Positions 58,011 to 64,000 of a stretch of DNA of 64,000 bases are shown piece after piece. The notes beneath the pieces were generated by a model, which was not told the origin of the DNA, did not search any database, and saw only the letters and a list, made by a program, of their open reading frames with translations. The position numbers and the translations under genes are program-made. Location: contig CAWGWZ010000001.1 in assembly GCA_963826305.1 (NCBI GenBank), forward strand, positions 19,577-83,576, written 5' to 3'. This stretch comes from an uncultured delta proteobacterium. Lineage in GTDB: Bacteria > Desulfobacterota > BSN033 > UBA1163. Position 1 is the stretch's first letter, and each line of letters starts with the position of its first letter.

Positions 58011-59642
58011 ATGTTTTGTTATCAGTGTGAACAGACGGCGAAAGGTGAGGGATGCACAAAGGTTGGGGTTTGTGGCAAGGAATCGGACGTTGCGAGCCTT
58101 CAGGACCTTCTGATCTATAGCCTTAAAGGGCTGGCTATTTATGCGGTGGAGGGCCGAAGGGTTGGAGTGGTTGACCCGGAGATCAATGATTTTACGTGTA
58201 AGGCCATATTCTCTACGCTCACAAATGTCAATTTTGATCCGGATCGATTTGTTCAATTGATCCACCGCTGTGTGGCTTTAAGGGAAAACCTTAAAGAAAA
58301 GGTGAAGGCTGCCAAGGGAAAAGTCGATTTTCAAGAGGGCCCTGCTGTCTCTAAACCCGCGACCAGCTTAGAGGGACTCGTCAAACAGGGAGAGGCCGTT
58401 GGACTCAAATCGGATCCAGGTATCGATCCTGATATCCTTTCTCTTCAGCACATCCTGATTTTTGGAATAAAGGGTGTGGCCGCCTATGCGGATCACGCTC
58501 AAATTCTTGGCCAGAAGGATGATAAGGTTTACGCCTTTATCCATGAGGGATTGGCTGCGACCCTGAGGAAAGACTTGACCCTGAACGACTGGGTGGGACT
58601 GGTTCTAAAGTGCGGAGAGATTAATCTGAGGACCATGGAACTTCTTGACGCAGGCAATACAGGAGCTTATGGCCATCCTGTTCCTACAAAGGTTCCTCTG
58701 GGAGCTAAGAAAGGAAAGGCCATCCTGGTCTCTGGGCATGATCTGAAGGATCTGGAGGAACTTCTCAAACAGACCGAGGGTAAAGGCATTTACGTCTATA
58801 CCCATGGAGAGATGCTTCCGGCCCACGGCTATCCGGGTTTAAAAAAATACCCTCATTTCTATGGTCATTACGGGACGGCCTGGCAGAATCAGATCCGAGA
58901 ATTCACCGATTTTCCTGGGGCCACCTTGATGACCACGAACTGTCTCCAGAAGCCAAGGGATTCCTACAAGGGCAGTATCTTCACCAGCGGCATTGCGGGA
59001 TGGCCTGGCGTCACCCACATTTCGGACAGAAACTTCAAACCCGTGATCGACAGGGCCTTGGCCATGCCGGGTTTTCAAGAAGACAAGAATGGTCGGTCTG
59101 TCATGGTCGGCTTTGCAAGAAACACCGTGATGAGCGTTGCGGCCAAGGTCGTCGAGGCGGTGAAAGGGAAGGCCATCCGCCACTTCTTCCTCGTGGGCGG
59201 ATGTGATGGCGCCAAGGCTGGCCGGAATTATTACACCGAGTTTGTGGAAAAAGTTCCTAAGGACTGCGTTGTTCTTACCCTGGCATGCGGTAAGTTCCGT
59301 TTCTTCGATAAGGACCTGGGGGATATCGGAGGCATCCAAAGGCTCTTAGACGTAGGCCAGTGCAACGACGCCTACTCAGCGGTCCAGATCGCCTTAGCCT
59401 TGTCAAAGGCTTTCAACGTGGGAATCAACGAACTGCCTCTCTCTTTGATCCTCTCCTGGTATGAACAGAAGGCAGTGGCTATTCTTCTCACCCTCCTCTC
59501 CCTGGGTGTAAAGAATATTAAGCTCGGGCCATCCCTTCCGGCTTTTGTTTCACCGAATGTACTAAAGGTGTTGGTGGATAATTTCAATATTCACCCTATC
59601 TCCACACCCGATCAGGATCTCAAGGCGATATTGGGGAATTAA
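58011..59642 (+). CDS. hcp: Hybrid cluster protein (hydroxylamine reductase)
   Basis: MFCYQCEQT..GC...GVCGK, SGHDL, THGEM, GCDG, GQCND, SWYEQKA. Confidence 0.97.
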   Translation: MFCYQCEQTAKGEGCTKVGVCGKESDVASLQDLLIYSLKGLAIYAVEGRRVGVVDPEINDFTCKAIFSTLTNVNFDPDRFVQLIHRCVALRENLKEKVKAAKGKVDFQEGPAVSKPATSLEGLVKQGEAVGLKSDPGIDPDILSLQHILIFGIKGVAAYADHAQILGQKDDKVYAFIHEGLAATLRKDLTLNDWVGLVLKCGEINLRTMELLDAGNTGAYGHPVPTKVPLGAKKGKAILVSGHDLKDLEELLKQTEGKGIYVYTHGEMLPAHGYPGLKKYPHFYGHYGTAWQNQIREFTDFPGATLMTTNCLQKPRDSYKGSIFTSGIAGWPGVTHISDRNFKPVIDRALAMPGFQEDKNGRSVMVGFARNTVMSVAAKVVEAVKGKAIRHFFLVGGCDGAKAGRNYYTEFVEKVPKDCVVLTLACGKFRFFDKDLGDIGGIQRLLDVGQCNDAYSAVQIALALSKAFNVGINELPLSLILSWYEQKAVAILLTLLSLGVKNIKLGPSLPAFVSPNVLKVLVDNFNIHPISTPDQDLKAILGN

Positions 59643-59672
59643 AGCACAGCCTTTCAAATCCCTCCCCTTTGG

Positions 59673-59914
59673 GAGACTGTGTCGTAATCAACGAGAAACC
59701 ACTTCCGCTGCAATACGGAACAGACGGCCGGGTGACGAAGCTTTAGGGCGGGAACCTTTCATTGGTCAGCCTCTGGGCTCCAGACCCATGAAAAGAATCC
59801 AATTTCTAAGAAGGCCAATTACCCATAACTTTAAACAACCGCATTCTAAAGCTGAGGAACCTGATTGTCTGTTCCGCCGGAATCTACCTTCCGTCATGAT
59901 TACGACACAATCTC
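59673..59914. mobile_element. MITE-like element (242 bp)
   Basis: TIRs GAGACTGTGTCGTAATCA / TGATTACGACACAATCTC (17/18); splits a CCCCTTT..AAAGGGG palindrome. Confidence 0.75.
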
Positions 59915-59974
59915 TTTGCTAAAGGGGGAGGAGGAGTTAATTCTTAATGAAGGGGAGAGATGTCAGAACCTCTC

Positions 59975-60760
59975 TCAATATAATGCTGCTTCTGGATGCC
60001 ATTTCAAGGCCTTCCGTCTCAGCCAAAGGAAGATTCGGTCAAAGAGAAGTCCGAGACCTGATATCGTCCCGATCGCTACAAACATAATCTCAGACCTGAA
60101 AACCCTTGAGGAGGACATCATCAGGTGACCCAGACCTTCGGCGCTTGCGATCATCTCGGATAGAAAAACCACGATTAAAGAAACGATCAACCCAAGGCGA
60201 AAACCCATGAAGATATGCGGAAGTGAGAAGGGAAGGATGATTTTCCAGAGTATCTTCCGCTTTTTTGTTCCCATCGATTCAGCTGACCAGATCAGCTTCC
60301 GTTCTACGAGAAGTGCCCCGCTAAATGTCGCCATGACGATGGGAAAGAACGCCTCGATGAAGATCAGGGCGATCTTGGAGAAATGGAGTACGCCGAAGAA
60401 GATGATCAGTACAGGATAAATTCCAATTTTGGGAATGGGAAAACCGAGGCTTATGAGGGGTTCCAGAGATGAGCGGACAAAAGCAAACCGCGCCATCATG
60501 ATTCCTAAGGGCACACCGACGAGGGTCGCTAAGCCAAGGCCGATCCACATACGGAACATCGTTTGACCCGTGTGGTAGAGAAGTTTCCCAAAGAAGAGAA
60601 GCTCGAAAAAGCGGACCACTATTTTTGAAACAGGTGGCAGGAGAACGGGATGAACAAACCCCGATCGACTGATGGCCTCCCAGACGAACAATATTAGAAA
60701 AACAGAATAATATTGGGAAAAAGCTTTTTTCATCGGAAGAAAGATACCTTTTTTCTTCAT
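59975..60760 (-). CDS. NitT/TauT ABC transporter permease
   Basis: TM segments; PIPKIGIYP, SAESMG, GLGH. Confidence 0.9.
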   Translation of the reverse strand: MKKKGIFLPMKKAFSQYYSVFLILFVWEAISRSGFVHPVLLPPVSKIVVRFFELLFFGKLLYHTGQTMFRMWIGLGLATLVGVPLGIMMARFAFVRSSLEPLISLGFPIPKIGIYPVLIIFFGVLHFSKIALIFIEAFFPIVMATFSGALLVERKLIWSAESMGTKKRKILWKIILPFSLPHIFMGFRLGLIVSLIVVFLSEMIASAEGLGHLMMSSSRVFRSEIMFVAIGTISGLGLLFDRIFLWLRRKALKWHPEAALY

Positions 60761-60766
60761 CGACGT

Positions 60767-61516
60767 TTAAACCCAAATCAGAACTTTCCTCATGACCAGA
60801 GAGAAGATGACGTCAAGAAAAAGCCCGATCCCTGAGATAATAATGAGTACAGAGTAAGTCATTTCATAGAGCCCCATCTCCAAAGAGTTGAAGAGGTAAT
60901 ATCCGAGGCCAGATTGCCTTGCGATCATTTCAGAACCGAGAACAACGATCAAGGAGATTGCGAGGGCCATCCGGATTCCTGAAAAGATGGTAGGAAGAGA
61001 AGCGGGCAGAATGATCCGGAAGAGGACTGCCCTTTCCCCTATCCCCATTGCCCTTGCACTCCAGATGAGGGAGGTTTCAACCCCCTGCGCACCATGATAA
61101 GCGCTGATCACCAAAGGGATGAAACAACCGATGACGATCACCGTCACTTTTGGAAGATCCCCTGCACCCATCCATAACATCAGGATCGGGATCATGGCGG
61201 CTTTGGGCACTGGATAGGTGAGAGTCAGAAGTGGATCAAGAAAATTGTAAAGGCGTTTTGACCTGGCCATATAGATTCCGATGGGAATGGACAAGATCAA
61301 GCTGATAGAGAACCCGATGGCCCATCGGTAGGATGAGGCGAGCAGGTGTTTCGAGAATTCTTTTGAAGCCACGAGTTGGCATGAACCGTAGAGGGACGTT
61401 GTAAAGGGAGGAAGAATCTCGGAAGAGATCACTCCTGCCCTGGAAAGTCCCTCCCAGAGGACAAAAAGAATGACGGGAGAGAGAACGGTGTAAAGGATTC
61501 TATTCTCTTTGAGCAT
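60767..61516 (-). CDS. NitT/TauT ABC transporter permease
   Basis: TM segments; PVPKAAMIP, SARAMG, GLGY. Confidence 0.9.
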   Translation of the reverse strand: MLKENRILYTVLSPVILFVLWEGLSRAGVISSEILPPFTTSLYGSCQLVASKEFSKHLLASSYRWAIGFSISLILSIPIGIYMARSKRLYNFLDPLLTLTYPVPKAAMIPILMLWMGAGDLPKVTVIVIGCFIPLVISAYHGAQGVETSLIWSARAMGIGERAVLFRIILPASLPTIFSGIRMALAISLIVVLGSEMIARQSGLGYYLFNSLEMGLYEMTYSVLIIISGIGLFLDVIFSLVMRKVLIWV

Positions 61517-61595
61517 CTCTCAATTTGATTGAATTCTTCTCATTCTCAAAGACGCCCTCTCCAAAATATAGGGCGGTCCGATTCCTCATTGAATA

Positions 61596-62378
61596 TCAGA
61601 AACCCTTCACCTCTCTTTCGACAGCTTTCCAGAGATAGCTGATCAGTTTGATATACTGCCCTCGAGACACCTCTTCCTCCCGAATTCTGGGCCTGGGGAT
61701 ATCGATCGGAAGGATCTCCTTAATTTTCCCTGGTCTGTGTGAGAACACAGCAATGCGGTCTGAGAGGTGGACAGCCTCTTCAATGCTGTGAGTGACGAAG
61801 AGGACTGTTTTTCGAGTCTCATCCCATATCCTGAGCAGTTCATCCTGCATGAAGACCCGAGTCTGAGCGTCGAGGGAACCAAAAGGTTCGTCCATCAGCA
61901 AGATATCTGGATTGCAGGCAAGGGTGCGTGCAATGGCCACCCGCTGCTTCATCCCTCCGGATAGTTCTTTGGGATAAAGGTTTTCCATCCCCTGGAGGCT
62001 TGTCATCTTAATATATTTGGATGCAATGGCAAGTCTCTCTTCTCTCACGATCTTTCTTTGTTCAAGGCCATAGAGGATATTCTGAATCACCGTCTTCCAG
62101 GGAAACAGGGCGAACTCCTGGAATACAATTCCCCGATCAATGCCTGGCGAGATAACCTCCTTCCTATCGACGAAAATCTTCCCTCCCGAAGGAGGGATGA
62201 ACCCTCCGATGATATAAAGGAGCGTGCTCTTGCCGCAGCCACTCGGTCCGACGAGGGAGAAAAATTCACCCTCATTCACCTCCAAATCTATTCCGGCAAG
62301 AGCCTCCACATCCCGGCCTTCTTTGCCAGACTTGTAAATTTTCGAGATGTCCTGGACCACAAGCTTTGCCATCTTCAC
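61596..62378 (-). CDS. NitT/TauT ABC transporter ATP-binding protein
   Basis: GPSGCGKST, LSGGMKQR, LLMDEPF. Confidence 0.95.
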   Translation of the reverse strand: MKMAKLVVQDISKIYKSGKEGRDVEALAGIDLEVNEGEFFSLVGPSGCGKSTLLYIIGGFIPPSGGKIFVDRKEVISPGIDRGIVFQEFALFPWKTVIQNILYGLEQRKIVREERLAIASKYIKMTSLQGMENLYPKELSGGMKQRVAIARTLACNPDILLMDEPFGSLDAQTRVFMQDELLRIWDETRKTVLFVTHSIEEAVHLSDRIAVFSHRPGKIKEILPIDIPRPRIREEEVSRGQYIKLISYLWKAVEREVKGF

Positions 62379-62381
62379 CTC

Positions 62382-63371
62382 TTAGGGAACCGCACTGGGC
62401 AAAAACTTGGGCAAGTAATAATTCTTCACATCGAGCCTCTTCGATATCGCCTTTGCCGTCTCATAAAAAAAGTCCCAGTTCTTCTGCATGGTCTCGAAGT
62501 CAGGCTCGCCGATGGGGTCGTGGTAAAAGTCATCCTTTGTCAGAAGGAACTTGTTAAGAAGATCAAGAGGAAGTTTGGTCACCTCGGAGGTAATCTTCCG
62601 AACCTCTTCAGGGTTCTCGTGGATGAATTTGGATGCAATTTTCCAATCTTCAAGGAATGCCTTCACGACCTCAGGATTCTTCTCAATAAACTTGGTCTGA
62701 AATACGTTGATTAACTGGACAAATTTAGGCTGGATGTCCCCTAAGCGAAAAAGAGGCCTGACCCCACCCTTTTCCATGGCTCTAAATAGAAAAGGCTGGG
62801 GAAAGGCACCGCACTGGATATCCCCTCTCCTCAGGGTGGCCTCCATCAGACCAAAAGATATTTCAAAAATCTTCACATCCCTTTCAGGATCAAGTCCGGC
62901 TCTCCGGAGTATGGCTCGTTGAATATGGTCGAGGCTCGCCCCATAGACGTTTACACCAATGCTTTTCCCTTTCAGGTCTTTGACCGTGTTGATTCCGGAA
63001 TTGTCTAAAACAAGCCAGGTGCTTGTAAAGTTCGGAGAGACCTCCATGATGATCCCTCCTGTGACCTTGACGTCTAAGCCGACTTTATCAATGGACTCCG
63101 CCAGGCTTAATGCGGCAAGGGTGGCTGCATCAAGGCCTCCGGCTGCCAGTGCTGTCGCTTGGGGGGCTGTCCCTGCAAATTGAAACCATTCAAGGGTATA
63201 GACCTTCCCATAATGTCTTAAAATTTGGGGCCTCTTCATCATCACATATTTCACTTCCTCGGCAGGAATGCCCCAACCCATTCTGATATTCACGGGGGCA
63301 GCATGGACAATCCCTCCATAGACAACGATCACAAATAAAATCATCATCCATCTAAGAAAATGTTTTTTCAC
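62382..63371 (-). CDS. NitT/TauT ABC transporter substrate-binding protein
   Basis: Signal peptide; DLKGKSIGVN; operon context. Confidence 0.9.
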   Translation of the reverse strand: MKKHFLRWMMILFVIVVYGGIVHAAPVNIRMGWGIPAEEVKYVMMKRPQILRHYGKVYTLEWFQFAGTAPQATALAAGGLDAATLAALSLAESIDKVGLDVKVTGGIIMEVSPNFTSTWLVLDNSGINTVKDLKGKSIGVNVYGASLDHIQRAILRRAGLDPERDVKIFEISFGLMEATLRRGDIQCGAFPQPFLFRAMEKGGVRPLFRLGDIQPKFVQLINVFQTKFIEKNPEVVKAFLEDWKIASKFIHENPEEVRKITSEVTKLPLDLLNKFLLTKDDFYHDPIGEPDFETMQKNWDFFYETAKAISKRLDVKNYYLPKFLPSAVP

Positions 63372-63388
63372 AGCCTATTCCTCCTTTC

Positions 63389-64000
63389 TTAAAATCCTTC
63401 GTTTAAGATTCCCCTCAATTTTTCAACGGAGTATTGAGAAAGGCCAAGCGATTTAAGGGTCCTCCCAGTCTCCATGAGATCTGCCCCGGCGACAACTCCT
63501 GCAAGAGTGATGAGTGACCGAGCAATAGGGACATCCACCCCAATATAATCGGCCACAGAAATGAGAAAGGCCAAACCGCAAGCGATATCCTCTGTGACAT
63601 ACCGATGTTTGAAGTCAATCTTTTCGTGCCACAGCCGGCTCTCCATCAATAACTTCTTCGCAATCCTAGGATACATCCACTCATTCGGCCTTGTCTCATC
63701 GTAATAATCTTCCAATGGATAGTGGTTTGGCTGAAACCCTAATGCCTTTCTCACAGAGATTCTTTCCTCATCAAGAAGCGCGATCGTCCTCCTGATCCCC
63801 GGAGTGGTCCCTTCATTATGAATGTCATAGGGTACGGGATTCTCAATCGGACCTGTATTCAACACCATTAGAGGAGGATGGAGAATGGGGCCCGCGTTCA
63901 TAAGGGCACCGGATAATGCATTTTCTACGGGATGGACAGAAGGGAATACGGCCCTGATTTTATCAATGGCTTCTTCTGTCTTTTTGGCTGGGAAAATACC
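63389..64000 (-). CDS. NAD/NADP octopine/nopaline (opine) dehydrogenase family, 5'-truncated by the window
   Basis: LMNAGPILHPP, LDEERI, HRYVTEDIACGL, GRTLKSLGL. Confidence 0.85.
   Translation of the reverse strand, partial: GIFPAKKTEEAIDKIRAVFPSVHPVENALSGALMNAGPILHPPLMVLNTGPIENPVPYDIHNEGTTPGIRRTIALLDEERISVRKALGFQPNHYPLEDYYDETRPNEWMYPRIAKKLLMESRLWHEKIDFKHRYVTEDIACGLAFLISVADYIGVDVPIARSLITLAGVVAGADLMETGRTLKSLGLSQYSVEKLRGILNEGF

Noticed and set aside
1-64000. CRISPR array, rRNA or tRNA genes
   Set aside because: No regularly spaced repeat-spacer array or cloverleaf was seen; the repeats are dispersed MITEs or short tandem units.

Overview
A 64-kb stretch of bacterial chromosome. The gene content (Sec-containing formate dehydrogenase and MvhD, Hcp, c7-like cytochrome, CoA-substrate activase, Na+-decarboxylase beta subunit, PilT paralogues) points to an anaerobic, selenocysteine-using Desulfobacterota/deltaproteobacterium; this taxonomy is inference. 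It holds about 60 metabolic, transport and housekeeping genes, one IS630 element, a PIN/UPF0175 toxin-antitoxin pair, an NgoMIV-family restriction system and many nested miniature repeats. No rRNA, tRNA or CRISPR array was seen. Features the ORF track misses: (1) four genes read through an in-frame UGA at a conserved Cys position (FdhA, MvhD, DsbA/FrnE, DedA-rhodanese), each with a SECIS-like hairpin; (2) a 100-aa leader ORF with a signal-like N-terminus and a C-terminal RPPP motif whose codons are complementary to the Shine-Dalgarno of the downstream oadG-oadB genes, the best candidate here for a new arrest-peptide regulatory system; (3) several MITE families with filled and empty sites, including 28-40 bp hairpins inserted without target duplication; (4) a candidate three-way-junction RNA ahead of a triheme cytochrome; (5) collapsed gene relics, including a probable photolyase reduced to its two ends.
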